Below are positions 1-12,945 of a stretch of DNA of 64,000 bases, in pieces (within the stretch, counting starts at the first letter, position 1; the number at the start of each line of letters is the position of its first letter). Under the pieces are notes generated by a model. It saw nothing but the letters and a program-made list of their open reading frames with translations. It searched no databases and had not been told where the DNA came from. This DNA is from Octopus sinensis. Taxonomy: Eukaryota. The DNA is taken from NCBI RefSeq assembly GCF_006345805.1, contig NC_043006.1, positions 93,992,001-94,056,000 of the forward strand. Direction: 5' to 3'. The translations under genes were made by a program, and so were the position numbers.

Positions 1-515
1 GGAAGGAAGGAAGAAAGGAAGGAAGGAAGGAAGGAAGATAAACAGAAAGTAAAGGAGGGAAGTGTAAGATGAACGACAGAATGAAAAATGAAGACGGGAA
101 GAAAGAAAGAAACAAAAACGAAGAAAGAAAAAGAAAGATAGAAAGAAAGAAAAAGAAAGATAGAAAGAAAGAAAAAGGGAAACGATCTGAAATATAAAGG
201 AAGGAAAGAAGAAAAAATAAAATGAATGAAAGAACGAACGAACGAATGAACGCACGAAAGAAAGAACAAAAGAAAGAAAGGAAGAAAGGAAGGAAGGAAG
301 GAAGGAATATAAATAGAGAGAAAGGGTGGGGGAAGGAAGGAAGGAAGGAAGATAAATAGAGAGAAAGGGTGGGGGAAGGAAGGAAGGAAGGAAGATAAAT
401 AGAGAGAAAGGGTGGGGAAGGCAGGAAGGAAGGAAGGAAGATAAATAGAGAGAAAGGGTGGGGGAAGGAAGGAAGGAAGGAAGGAAGATAAATAGAGAGA
501 AAGGGTGGGGGGAAA
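1..515. repeat. Purine-rich simple repeat (GGAA/GAAA) ending in a ~40-bp minisatellite
   Basis: GGAA/GAAA tracts; the unit GGAAGGAAGATAAATAGAGAGAAAGGGTGGG recurs about five times from ~305 to 515. Confidence 0.9.
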
Positions 516-1238
516 TTAAAATCAGGAAAGACAGATTAAATTACAATAGGGCAAAATATAGTCATAATGGCGCTAGGCTTATGTAGTGGTGGCGGCGGTG
601 TAGAGGCAGTAGTAGTAGGGATGGTGGCGGTGGCAGTGCTGTTGTGGTGCTGGTGGTGGTGGTGTGTAATAATGGTGGTGGCGGCGGTGGCGGCGGTGGC
701 GGCGGCGGTGGCGGCGGTGGCGGCGGCGGCGGTGTGTAGCATCGTTGATGATGAAGAGGTGTTGCTGTGGTGGTGGAGGTAGTGTTGCTGTGGTGGTGGA
801 GGTAGTGTTTGTGTCGTTAGTTTTACTACTGCTTAGCTCCTGGTCTTCCCCAGTCGAACAGGGCTATGATCAAGGGTATTCCAACCGTGACCATCGTAGC
901 CTACCCCCCCTCCCGCTATGTCTGTGTATGAAAGGGACTCGGGACCACACGTCTCCAAATATCTTTTTTTTAAAAAAACAATTGGTTGTGATTTGAAGGA
1001 GATTTAGCTGTTGTTTCTAGCATCCTTATAGAGATTCCCTTACTATGGACGCTGTCTCAGAAAGAGAGAGTGAGAGAGAGAGGACGGAGAGGGGGTTTCA
1101 CCACCCTGAACTGGTAGTTTATTTAAACGGCCCTCGGTAAAGGACGAAAAGTTGACGTCAGCGGAATTTGAACTGAGAACGCGAAAAGCCGGAACAAATT
1201 ATCGCAAGGTATTTGCCTAATGCTGTTACGATTCAGCC

Positions 1239-1689
1239 TTGGTGGTGGTGGTGGTGGTGGTGCTGGTGGAGGTGGTGGTGCTGGTGGTGGTGGAGGTGGT
1301 GGTGGTGGTGCTGGTGGTGGAGGTGGTGCCGGTGGTGGTGCTGGTGGTGGTGGTGGGGGTGGTGGTGGTGGTGTGGTGGTGGTGGTGGTGGTGGTGGGGG
1401 GTGGGTGGTGGGTGTTGGTGTTGGTGCTGGTGCTGGTGGTGGAGGTGGTGGTGGTGGTGGGTGTTGGTGTTGGTGCTGGTGCTGGTGGTGGTGTAGGTGG
1501 TGGTGGTGGTGGTGGTGGTGGTGGTGGTGGTGGTGGTGGTGGTGGTGGTGGTGGTGGGTGTTGGTGGTGGTGCTGGTGCTGGTGCTGGTGCTGGTGGTGG
1601 TGGTGGTGGTGCTGGTGGTGGTGGTGGTGGTGGTGGTGGTGGTGGTGGTGGTGGGGGTGGTGGTGGTGGTGTGGTGGTGGTGGTGGTGG

Positions 1690-1720
<31 letters not shown>

Positions 1721-2117
1721 GCTGGTGCTGGTGCTGGTGCTGGTGGTGGTGGTGCTGGTGGTGGTGGTGGTGCTGGTGGTGGTGGTGGTGCTGGTGGTGG
1801 TGCTGGTGGTAGTGGTGGGTGGTGGTGGTGGTGGTGGTGGTGGTGGTGGTGGTGGTGGTGGTGGGTGTTGGTGTTGGTGCTGGTGCTGGTGCTGGTGCTG
1901 GTGGTGGAGGTGTTGGTGGTGGTGGTGGTGGTGGTGGTGGTGTTGGTGGTAGTGGTGGGTGGTGGTGGTGGTGGTGGTGGTGGTGGTGGGGGTGGTGGTG
2001 GGTGTTGGTGTTGGTGCTGGTGCTGGTGCTGGTGCTGGTGGTGGAGGTGTTGGTGGTGGTGGTGCTGGTGGTGGTGTAGGTGGTGGTGGTGGTCTTGGTG
2101 GTGGTGGTGGTGGTGGT
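1239..2117. repeat. (GGT)n-based G-rich repeat with GCT/GTT variant blocks
   Basis: Near-continuous GGT triplets with recurring GGGTGTTGGTGTTGGTGCTGGTGCT blocks; source of the spurious Gly/Trp/Val/Pro/His ORFs. Confidence 0.95.
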
Positions 2118-2407
2118 AAACACTGTTTTGAACAGCAGATACATTCTTTACAATAATGGTGAAATTTCTTGTTGTTGTTTTTAATATGGTGGTGGTGGTG
2201 GCGGCGGCGAAACTTTGGCACTTTGACGTTTCGCCAATATACCCGGATTGAATCTACTTGGATGATTCGGAACACCGCCCGACCAAAGCAAATTCTTCAG
2301 ATGCCGTCTGCCGACTTCGAACCGACGCGTTCTTGCCTCGAAAGCTTAAAACTATTTCATTCCTTTGTATTATTTTGTTAAGATCTATCATTTAAAAAAA
2401 AAATCTT

Positions 2408-2800
2408 TTTCTTATTCTTTTACTTGTTATGGTCATTTGACTGCGGCCATGCTGGAGTACTGCCTTTAGTCGAACAAATCGACCCCAGGACTTATTCTTT
2501 GTAAGCCTAGTCTCTTTTGCCGAACTGTTAAGTTACGGAGACGCAAACACACCAACATCGGTTGTCAAGCGATGGGTGGGGGAACAAACACAGTCACACA
2601 AATGCAAGCATATATATTCTTTTGTTTCAGTCATTTCACTGCGGCCATGCTGGAGCACCGCCTTTAGTCGAGCAAATCGACCCCAGAACTTATTCTTTGT
2701 AAGCCTAGTACTTATTCTATCGGTCTCTCTTGCCGAACCGCTAAGTGACGGGGACGTAAACACACCAGCATCGGTTGTCAAGCGATGTTGGGCGACAAAC
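2408..2800 (-). mobile_element. Two tandem 3' modules of SINE family A
   Basis: Two copies of GTCATTTGACTGCGGCCATGCTGGAGCACCGCCTTTAGTCGA...CACACCAGCATCGGTTGTCAAGCGATG; the same module recurs >10 times in the window. Confidence 0.8.
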
Positions 2801-3974
2801 TCACACACACACACATACACACATGCACACACACACACACACACACATACACACACACATATATATATATATATATTAATAAATGAAATAAAACATATGC
2901 ATATATATAAACATATACGTACGTACCTACCTCTACATGTACATATACACGCATATATGAGTACAGGACACCAAAAGGACGCCGAACACAAAGAGAAACG
3001 AAAACATAGACACAAACCAAAGGAACTGGACATGTTTTTAAAAACAACAAAAAATGGAGTACAGGACAATTAACACAACGAAAAAACCCCTTCTTCAGTC
3101 GCTAAGGTTTCATCTACTCTACGTTTCGAAGGATAAAAGCGAGACGTATCTTCGACAAGAAACTTTCCTTCCTGCGAAAAGCAAACCAATTAAAATTCTG
3201 AGATCTTTTCGCAGAGGGGTAAAAAATGGTAAAAAAATGGTAAAAAAACAGGACAGTAACGACAGTACAAAAATATAAACAGTAAAAATATAAACAGTAA
3301 AAAAATATAAACAGTAAAAAGATATAACAGTAAAAGACAGGACAGGGAAAAACAAACGGGCTTTCAGTTTCCGTCTACCAGATCCACTCACAAGACTTTG
3401 GTCGGCCCGAGGCTATAGTAGAAAATTAACAGCAACATTCATTTGCATCTGCATTTTGCAGATGAAACTGCTAGTAGCATCAATTGACAAGGTACTCTCG
3501 TTGTTAAAGAATTTATGTTGACTCTACATTCTTCATATTGAGCTTTAGGCACTTTGACACATGAAACATACAAATACGCGCGCGCACACGTATGCCTGTG
3601 CACGCACATCACTTTGTTTTCTTTTTATAGCAGAGTTTCTCAATCTTAGAGGGTAATAGAGATGTCGTATGCAAACGGAAACTGTAAGAAGCCTGTCGTA
3701 CATATATGAATGTGTGTGTGTCTCTCTCACCCCACCACTGCTTGACAAAATGTTGATTTATTTTCATCCGTATAATTGAGCAGTTCAACCAAAAGTATTC
3801 GATAGAAAAAGTACAAGATTTAGAAAGAAATACCGATTACTGGGGTCAATTTGTTCGACTAAAACCTTCAAAGAGGTGCCCCAGCATGACCGCAGACAAA
3901 TAACTGAAACCAGTAAAAGATAAAAACTAAACGCTTTCTTTAATAATTCTGCTTGGGTTCAATAAAATTTTGAA

Positions 3975-4130
3975 TAACGTTTTTCTGAGTTCAAATTCTG
4001 CCGAGGTCGACTTTGCCTTTCATCCTTTCGGGGTCTCTGAAATAAGTACCAGTTACGCATTGGAATCGATATAATCGACTAGGCTCCTTCCCCCAAAATT
4101 TTCAAGGCCTTGTGCCTACAGTAGAAATAG
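3975..4130 (+). mobile_element. SINE family B copy (tRNA-like head)
   Basis: B-box-like GAGTTCAAATTC followed by GAGGTCGACTTTGCCTTTCATCCTTTCGGGGTC, shared with >10 other copies. Confidence 0.8.
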
Positions 4131-4919
4131 TTATTTTGTTTCAGTGCCAATACGTGCTGCAGTCAACTCCTTTCATATTCCTGTCGTATTATCTGCAATA
4201 CATCTTCTTCGTCTTCATAAAACTTTGCTACATCATACTTTGCCTTCATTTTAGCCATCAAATTTCCGAAATTCGTTCATAAGGCATCAATTTTGTAAAA
4301 TTAAAAAATTGTATTTAAAATGACAAAAAAAAACACAGCTTGCAGCATCGGTTCAAAGTCCTGGCCAAAAAGAAAGAAAAAATGTGGTTATTGTTGATGT
4401 TCTGAAAACAGATGACAATTCTACAGCCAAACGACAAATGCGAGTCCGGCATGTTGATAATGGAGGCTTTCGATTAACTAAAATTTTAACTAAAAGTTTG
4501 TAATTGTTTTAACTTGAAAATTTCAATGGAAAATTAATGTGATTTCCGTCATTGTCATGCAAGACTTCATCAGTGATGAATATTTGAAAAAATTCTGACG
4601 GTTTGAAGATCATGAATTCTCTTATGGCCACTACAATCCATGAGAATTTTGAAAAGGTATGGACACAGCGTGCAACCATGTCTCAGATTCATCTGTACTA
4701 CAATCGTTCTGTTGATCGTAAACGACTACAGCACGTTAGGTGGTGTTGTAATTGTGCCCCAGTAACTCGCACTGTCTTGGGGACTAAATCTCGTATTGCT
4801 ATCATCGCCTCCCACTGGGCCTTCCTCTGAATAGTGTCGGAAATAGATCAGAAGTCGACCAAGTTGAAGAAATAGGGTACTTGGTGTTCTTTTGTTGTTT
4901 TTAGTTATCTAGTTGACTA

Positions 4920-5350
4920 AATCGAAGAGCTGGTAGAATCGGTAGCGCATCGAATAAAATTCTTTGCAGCATTTCTCCCGGTTCTTTACACTCTGTGTTC
5001 AGATTCCGCCGAGTCGACTTGATATTTCCTCTCTTTGGGGGCCGATCAGATAGAGTACCAGCCAAATACTAGAATCGATGTAATCTCATTCTCCCCGCCC
5101 CCTAAAATAAAATTGCCAGCCTCGTGCCGAAATGTGAAACCGAAGGCAGGGAGCTGGTAGGATCGGTAGCGCATTGGACAAAATACTTCGTCGCATTTGT
5201 TCCGTCTCTTTACGTTCTGAGTTTAAATCGCACCGAAGTCAACTTTGCTTTTCATCATTTTAGGTTGGATAGAATTAAGTATCGGTCCAGCACTGAGGTC
5301 AATGTTATCGCCTAAACCCCCTCAACTCAAAATTGCCAGCCTTGTACCAA
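4920..5350 (+). mobile_element. Two tandem diverged SINE family B copies
   Basis: Two GAGCTGGTAG(A/G)ATCGGTAGCGCAT heads (~4927 and ~5151), each followed by the family B body and an AAAATTGCCAGCCT tail. Confidence 0.75.
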
Positions 5351-7021
5351 AATATGAAGCAATTTTCTGACTACAAAAATGGCATCAACTGTGGCCGCCA
5401 CTTTGTCTAAAGCAGAACTATTTGCAACTAATAATGTTACTGTTAAATCATAAAAATTCTGTAGTGAATCTTGCAAGCATGAAGTGGATTCGATCCATCA
5501 TGGCCAAATTTAAATTAACACTTCAACAGAACTTTTCACACGGTAAAACTAGTTTTTCTGTGACAGCAGTTTTGCATTTGCCAGATTGCCTTAGCTAGGC
5601 CGAAATTATGTCTTCACCACTTGACCTTTCTAACCTCTTCTACTTCACCAAAAGCTAGAATTAAGATAAAAAGGCCACCTAAATCTATTGTTCTCAACTA
5701 AATCAACTAAATCTATTCTTCTCAACGATATGTCTATCCTTCTGAATAGTTTTATAAAAACAAGAACCCGCAAGCAAAAGACAGTCATAACTCCTAAACC
5801 TAAATGCTTTGTATGGTCTTGTATTGTCCCCTCTCTGTATGTCATTCATTGACAAGTAAAGAAATAAGTTAGTCACTTGGTGACAACTCAGTGAGAACGG
5901 AGATTGCAGAGCCCCACGGACCAAAACGCCATCTCAAAAGAGAAAGGGAAAAAGAACAACTTTGGTATCTCGCCAACGAAGCAGTTATTTCGTCCCACAC
6001 TCTCTCACTCTCACTAGCTCTAATTCTGTTCTCTTACAACATCACTCTATCTCTTTCTGTGAATTACTGCTAACATAATGTGTACACAAACTATACAAGA
6101 AAATTCTACGACATCTATGTTTACTTCGCATGCTTTACGATTTTATCACCTGCCCGTCGGGGCAAGGTATTGCATAATGCAACGGGTAAATAAATATTTC
6201 CTTAAAACTTCATCATTTGTTCATCTTTCACATCTTACAACTTGCCGTTGCAACAAATCTCAACCTTCATCAAAACAATTTCAACCGTTACAACTCCTTA
6301 AGACAGTGTAATATGCAACATAAAAAAAAATCAACAGAAAGAAGACCGATATTTCTTAGAGGCTTTAATTTCTGTGAATTCGACGTCAGAGTCAGTATAC
6401 AAAAGGTTGTAGTAGTCTACTTTTTTAACGGTGGTAAGAAAAAATAGCGAAAACGACTGATGCCAATTATTCCAAGAGGGTTCGTCTTTATACATGTTGG
6501 AAAGGTGAATGCAGTTCGGAGAACAATGAGAAGTAGATTAGTTTATATACGTTCACCCGTATTTAACCCAAGAATGTTGCCTGAAACAATAGAACTTATC
6601 AAAGTTTGACGGTTGACCCTTACAAATTTCTAAGTGTTAATGCCGAGAACAATCTAGGCTAACGTTTCGATTCTTGGCTAAGAATTCAGGAAACGATTAG
6701 TTTCATAGTCTCTCCTGCCGTTTCTCCGGTTTTACGTTTTATTCTATCAAAGACGATTCTGCAGAACATTTTCCCCGATAGTTACAAGAATAATGCCATT
6801 CTGTAGCTTTCAGGCTTTTTCTTGTCAATTTTACGTATCTGCGTTACTTAACACATAGATTTAAGCTTTCCGAGTTTCGTTATTTTGTTTTCAGTTTTCT
6901 ATAGCTTATTGAATAATGCATGTGATATATCAGTCGTAACCTTGCCTCCTGTTGTTAGTACCTCAGCACTGATGGCTTATATGTGAACATAGACAAATAA
7001 ATAGAAATAGTGAGGGTGTGA

Positions 7022-7066
<45 letters not shown>

Positions 7067-7330
7067 CAAACAGAATGGGGAAGAATGATTGTGTCTGTGT
7101 GAGTGTCGAGGGGTGAGAAGAAATCTAGACACAACATGAATACGTAGATAGCAGAATAGATAGCGCACATACATGCATACATACATATGTATATACATGC
7201 ATGCATGCATACATACATACATGCATGTCTACATACATGTATGCATGCATGCATACATACATACATGCATACATACATGCATACATACAGGCAAGATTAT
7301 TTTAGTTGATATGTTGTCGTGAGCGCAATA

Positions 7331-7366
7331 TTCCGACGTTTCGTACACAAGTCCTTCATCGGAGAA
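7331..7366 (-). ncRNA. Minimal type I hammerhead motif, variant core CCGAUGA
   Basis: Minus strand UUCU-CCGAUGA-A-GGAC-UUGU-GUAC-GAAA-CG-UC-GGAA; 4-bp stem I, one mismatch in stem II, GUC cleavage triplet. Confidence 0.55.
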
Positions 7367-7403
7367 AAAAATTACGAATCTTTTTCAATGTTGTATTACT
7401 AGG

Positions 7404-7450
<47 letters not shown>

Positions 7451-7790
7451 CTCTCTCTCTGTCTGTCTCTCACACACATAGTGTGTGTGTGCGTGTGTGT
7501 GAGCTAGAGAGAGAGAGAGAGAGAGAGAGCGTGAGAGCGAGAGAAAGAGATAGATGGATGGAGAGAGAGAGAGAGAGACAGGTAGCTATGTAGGTAGATA
7601 GATATGTAGACTGGCAGAGAAAAGAAATGGAAACAGCTGGACAGAGAGAAAGGGAGAGAGTGAGGTGTGACTGAACGAGATAAATATAGATAGGTAGATA
7701 CGTAAATAGCAGGGAAAGAGATATTAATAGAGGTAAATGGAGAAAGAGAGAAAGAGGTAGACATAGATGTGAGGAGAGAGGGTGAGAGGC

Positions 7791-7829
<39 letters not shown>

Positions 7830-8787
7830 CAGAAAGAATTATAGGAACACAGAGAACGTAAAAGAGTCACAGCAAATCAAATAAAAATAGGGAGCGAGCT
7901 AGAGAGGGGATGAGAGAGTGAAGAAGGGTGCAAGATTTACAGATATAATTATGATGATGATGACGATAATTTCTATTCTAGGCACAAGGCCTTGAAAATA
8001 TTTTGAGGGAAGGGGCTAGTCGATTATATGGACCCAGTGCGTAACTGGTACTTATTTCAAAAATAATAACGATAATGATAAAGAGAAGGAAAGAGTGGCA
8101 AAAAAAGTTATGAAAAAAGAGCGAAAATATGAGGTGAATATAGATAACTAATTAAATAAGAGAGAAGACTAGAGCCGAAAATAGATAGACATGTACACAG
8201 CAGAGAGAGAAAAGAGTCAGAGAGAAAGAGGAACAGAGAGAGAAGAGAGAGAGGGAGAGATGATAGAAGGAGTGGGGTGGTAATTGACTCATCTTGATGC
8301 TATGTTTGTTTCGTTCTTTCTCTTCTTCGTTTCTCTACTGAAAGACGACAGACAGCCAAATATCGGCAAAGCATGGTTTACCTGACTGACTTAACGGCAG
8401 CAACTGTCCAAGAATGGTGAGACCAACTTTACCAAACTTTCTTCTTACACTCTGCTACTATATTTTCCTTGGTATCGCTATCATTCCCCATCACCATTAC
8501 CATCATCATATTCTTCATATTCTTCTTCGTGTTTTAATCTCTTATACTTCTTTGCATAATAACAATCGGTAGTCTTTTTTCAGGATATATTTCTCGAAGG
8601 GCTGCTTTTCTTTTAGACGGGAATTTTTAGGGGGATTTTGCGATTTTTGTTTGTTTTTATTCTCGGAGTTTTCTTTCCTCTTTTCTTTCTTGTAAGATCC
8701 CTAGTTTATCAATATTTTTGTGGTTCTTTTAATAATATACATTTTCTTTTATAACACTCCCCCCTCTCTCTATATATATGTATACAT

Positions 8788-8873
<86 letters not shown>

Positions 8874-9035
8874 GGGAAGTATGTATGTATGCATGCATGC
8901 ATGTATGTATGTATGTATGTATGTATGTATGTATGTATGTATTATGTATGTATGTATGTATGTATGTATGTAGTACTGAAAAACACACAAACGTAATTTC
9001 AGATAATAAACTGTACAGAGACAGTCCCCGCTCAA

Positions 9036-9072
<37 letters not shown>

Positions 9073-9208
9073 GGCCGAAACTTCGAAGTCACTGTGTCGA
9101 TAATATTCTTAAGAATTATAAATTTCTACTCTATAAAAGTATAGAGAAACCCACCAGATTAATGTAAAAACAATATGACGCCAATATATATATATATATA
9201 ATTCTTTT

Positions 9209-9240
<32 letters not shown>

Positions 9241-9415
9241 TGTATGTATGTATGTATGTATGTACGTATGTATGTATGTATGTATGTATATATTTATGTA
9301 TTGCGTGTTTGAGGTGATGTACAGATATTATATGGTGAGAAAAAGGAGAATTTTGGATAATCCTTTAATAGCATTTTCGTTCGGTTTTCGAACTCAGGAC
9401 ATACACACACATACG

Positions 9416-9446
<31 letters not shown>

Positions 9447-10199
9447 ACACATAAATGTATGTATGTTTGCATGTATATAAATATATATATATATATGATG
9501 TTTTGGAACATGTCACAAACGAAAACAAAAGAAACATGTAGATGACACTTCTTATATGTAATATATACTATTTTTAAAATATACATTTTAAAATATAGGT
9601 TTTTTAACCTATAATATTATAAGTCATATGTATTATATATATTCGTTCTTAAATAGTATATATACACATATATACACACACATATATATATATATAGCTT
9701 ATATATATTATGCACATATCCTTTTTTTATCTATTATATATATTCTTTATATATCATATACTTTTTACCTTCCAGTGTAGTAATAACGAAAACGTTTTAA
9801 AACATCTTGTAAGTTTTTAAAATGCAAACTATTTATCGTATTGTTAAATGCTGTTGTTCCCTATAAGCCTTCCATCTTTGGCCATCCCACCTTTTCCTTC
9901 GACTTGGCTCTATATTTATCCAATGTATATTCTCTTTCCAAGAAGCCAGGGTAATATGAATGAGATGTGGCTGCTGTTTTTAGCAGGTTGAACGACCCTT
10001 TTTAATTTATGGAGAATACTTCGTCCTTATATTCTAGCTTTGTCTACATTCCTCACTCGTTTTGCGGCACAGATTTTATTCTATCTTTTTCTCTAGCCTT
10101 TAGATTTTACTTTTTAAATTGTTCGAAATATTTTCGCTGATTTTATTTGCACGACTATTGTACATTCCAAAGTTTTCCCAGGCACATATACATATATGC

Positions 10200-10585
10200 A
10201 AACATGCATGCATGCATGCATGCACGTATGTATGTATGTATGTGTGTATGTATGTGTGTATGTATGTGTGTGTGTATGTATGCATGTATGTATGTATGTA
10301 TGTATGTATGTGTGTATGTATGTATGTATGTATGTATGTATGTATGTATGTATGTATGTGTGTGTATGTATGTGTGTGTATGTATGTATGTATGTATGTA
10401 TGTATGTGTGTATGCATGCATGTATGTATGTATGTATGTATGTATGTGTGTATGTGTGTATGTATGTATGTGTGTATGTGTGTGTGTATGTATGCATGTA
10501 TGTATGTATGTATGTGTGTGTATGTATGTGTGTGTATGTATGTATGTATGTATGTATGTATGTGTGTATGCATGTATGTATGTAT
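10200..10585. repeat. (TATG)n/(TG)n microsatellite
   Basis: Direct reading; flanks the R4/Dong fragment. Confidence 0.95.
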
Positions 10586-11013
10586 GTATGAATTATGTAT
10601 GTCATTATTCAGTTTATCTCAAGATTTCTTGCCAATAGAGAAAGAACCGGTTTTTAACCTAGATCCAAGACTCCTTCAACATCAACAACAGGGTATTTTT
10701 GTTTGTATATATGTATGTGCTGACTTGTATGTTTTATGCTTATATTCTCATGCATATAGTTGCATATCTAGACATGTTTATATATATTTAAATGAAAACA
10801 AATATGCAAAATTTTACAGACTTTTACAATTCCAGTGATGGATTGGATCTGTAGTCTTCGAATTAGTTTTCTCCTTTCAGGTTTTGGGAAGCCTAATTTC
10901 TCAAGACTGGTATTTAGGCAGTGTGTTACATATCTTAGGGCCCCAATAATTACAGGTATAAACTGGCTAGGGTAACTGCAGATTTCTCAATAGTTCAGCA
11001 TAGGTGTTTTCCT
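10585..11013 (-). mobile_element. 3' fragment of an R4/Dong-type non-LTR retrotransposon (end of REL endonuclease plus 3' UTR)
   Basis: Minus strand reads KENTYAELLRNLQL...FIPVIIGAL(R)YVTHCLNTSLEKLGFPKPERRKLIRRLQIQS with frameshifts; homologous to 50670-51168. Confidence 0.7.
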
Positions 11014-11187
11014 TTGTATATATGTATGTATGTATGTATGTATGAGCGATCCTTCGGCATTGGTCTACAGAGTGTTGGTATGAGGAGACGGCGTCATTCG
11101 CCCTCCTTTTCAGTCTAGCCTCTTTATGTCATGAGAGAATGTAGTGTCGGGGAATGATGATGTCGTCCACCAATACCGAAGAATTGC

Positions 11188-11241
<54 letters not shown>

Positions 11242-11411
11242 CATATAGTGTAAACAGAGTTAGCGGTTATAATAACCGACTAAGGGATAAAATATCCGTA
11301 TATACTATCGGTATCCATTACCCATATTATCCCCGGGCATTGGTGTGCAGACACACTATACATGTAGAGTTCAGGTAACAACAGGATAAACAATATATAT
11401 ATATATATATA

Positions 11412-11800
11412 CTAGCAGTACCACTCGGTGTTACTTGGGTTTGTTTCGACCCTTTAGAATTAGAATTTTTGAAAAGTAAAAATTTTGCATTATGCAACTT
11501 GTTATTCTCATCAAGTGAACATTTTTCCAGTTGAAATACACCGAAAAATGGTGACACAGCAGTCAAAAATCGTAAAAAATAGGGATTTTCATAGAAAAAA
11601 AGCACCTCTTTGATGTAAATAATTTTTGGTGTTAACATGGTCCGATTTGAATTTTATCTTCTACAGAATGAAGAGCAAGCCTTCTTCTATCATACTCTCA
11701 ATTTTGGTCAACTTGCGCTGCAGGGTCTCGAAGGAGATAGTGTTAGTTGAAGGCTACCAAACCTGCCACACACAGACAATTTCAGCTTTATATATATAGA
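11412..11800 (-). mobile_element. Non-autonomous Helitron (family 1)
   Basis: Minus strand starts A|TC-TATATATATAAAG and ends with a degenerate hairpin and CTAG|T; no TSD. Confidence 0.7.
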
Positions 11801-11944
11801 TTTGCTACACACTACTTTCCATCCTTAATAATGAAACTTGGTAGATCCAAAAGTTAAACACACAGATACACACACACACACACACACAGACACACAAGTT
11901 TAGTTTTATATAGAGAGATTTCTCAACGGGCATTTCATATATAT

Positions 11945-12380
11945 ATATGGCTGTGTGGTAAGTAGCTTGCTAACTAACCACATGGTTCCGGGTTCAGTCC
12001 CACTGCGTGGCATCTTGGGCAAGTGTCTTCTGCTATAGCCCCGAGCTGACCAATGCCTTGTGAGTGGATTTGGTAGACGGAAACTGAAAGAAGCCTGTCG
12101 TATATATGTATATATATATATTATATTGAGGGTACTACTATTCGTAGATACCAACACGCTAAGAGGGACCAATGCGGTCAAAACTACTAAATAAACAAAA
12201 TTTTACCGAATGCAAAACTTCAAAACACATCATTTTAAAAAAGAATTCAGTTACATATCACATGTGATTTCGCATTTAAATGCAGAATATGCATTTTTAT
12301 GTTCATCAGTGCAACAAACTCAAGAAATATAAGAGAAAAACATAACATTACAAGCTCGATAGCCAACCGTAGAATTAATG

Positions 12381-12436
<56 letters not shown>

Positions 12437-12652
12437 TGTGTGTGTTTGTCCCCCTAGCATTGTTTGACAACCGATGCTTGTGTGTTTACGTCCCCGTTAC
12501 TTAGCGGTTCGGCAAAAGGGACCGACAGAATAAGTACTGGGCTTACAAAGAATAAGTCCTGGGGTCGATTTGCTCGACTAAAGGTGGTGCTCCAGCATGG
12601 CCGCAGTCAAATGACTGAAACAAGTAAAAGAGTAAAAAAAGAGAGTAAAAGA

Positions 12653-12655
<3 letters not shown>
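11945..12655 (+). mobile_element. SINE family A, head (11945-12100) and tail (12430-12655) separated by extra sequence
   Basis: Head GGCTGTGTGGTAAGTAGCTTGC...GGTTCAGTCCCACTGCGTGGCATCTTGGGCAAGTG (tRNA-like, then CORE-like CCTTGGGCAAGT); tail module as elsewhere. Confidence 0.75.
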
Positions 12656-12711
<56 letters not shown>

Positions 12712-12767
12712 AATTAAGGACTGCACACGAAAAGTGGACAGTCAACATATATATATATATATATGTA

Positions 12768-12945
12768 GGGAGAGTTTACAAAAAAAACAAAAGACGATGA
12801 CAGGTGGTGTACAAAACAATCAGATGTATTAGTATAACGCTCAGGAAGAGAAAAAGTCTTTTACGTTTCGGGCCTACGCTCTTCTACAGAAAGGGATACA
12901 GAAAAAACAAGGAGAGACAAAAATGTGTGTAGTGGCTAACGATCT
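12768..12945 (-). mobile_element. ~180-bp hammerhead-bearing mini-element in TA repeats, copy 1
   Basis: GGGAGAGTTTAC...GTGGCTAACGATCT, also at 32974 and 43699; contains CUUU-CUGUAGA-A-GAGC-GUAG-GCCC-GAAA-CG-UA-AAAG at 12858-12893. Confidence 0.7.

Noticed and set aside
3087-3132. Permuted (type II-like) hammerhead, GAAA-CG-UA...CUGAAGA on the minus strand
   Set aside because: Stem I cannot be formed and stem II depends on two G-U pairs.
4541-4575. CTGATGA...GGAAA on the minus strand
   Set aside because: No stem III/UH site or stem I.
4320-4830. Weak pogo-like (MDTACNH) and DUSP-like (VVVYDQ) peptide resemblances
   Set aside because: Short matches bounded by stops; cannot be supported without a search.
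6661-6695. CGAAACGTT with a strong hairpin on the minus strand
   Set aside because: Core is only CUGA (no NGA) and stem I is poor; at best a deleted relic.
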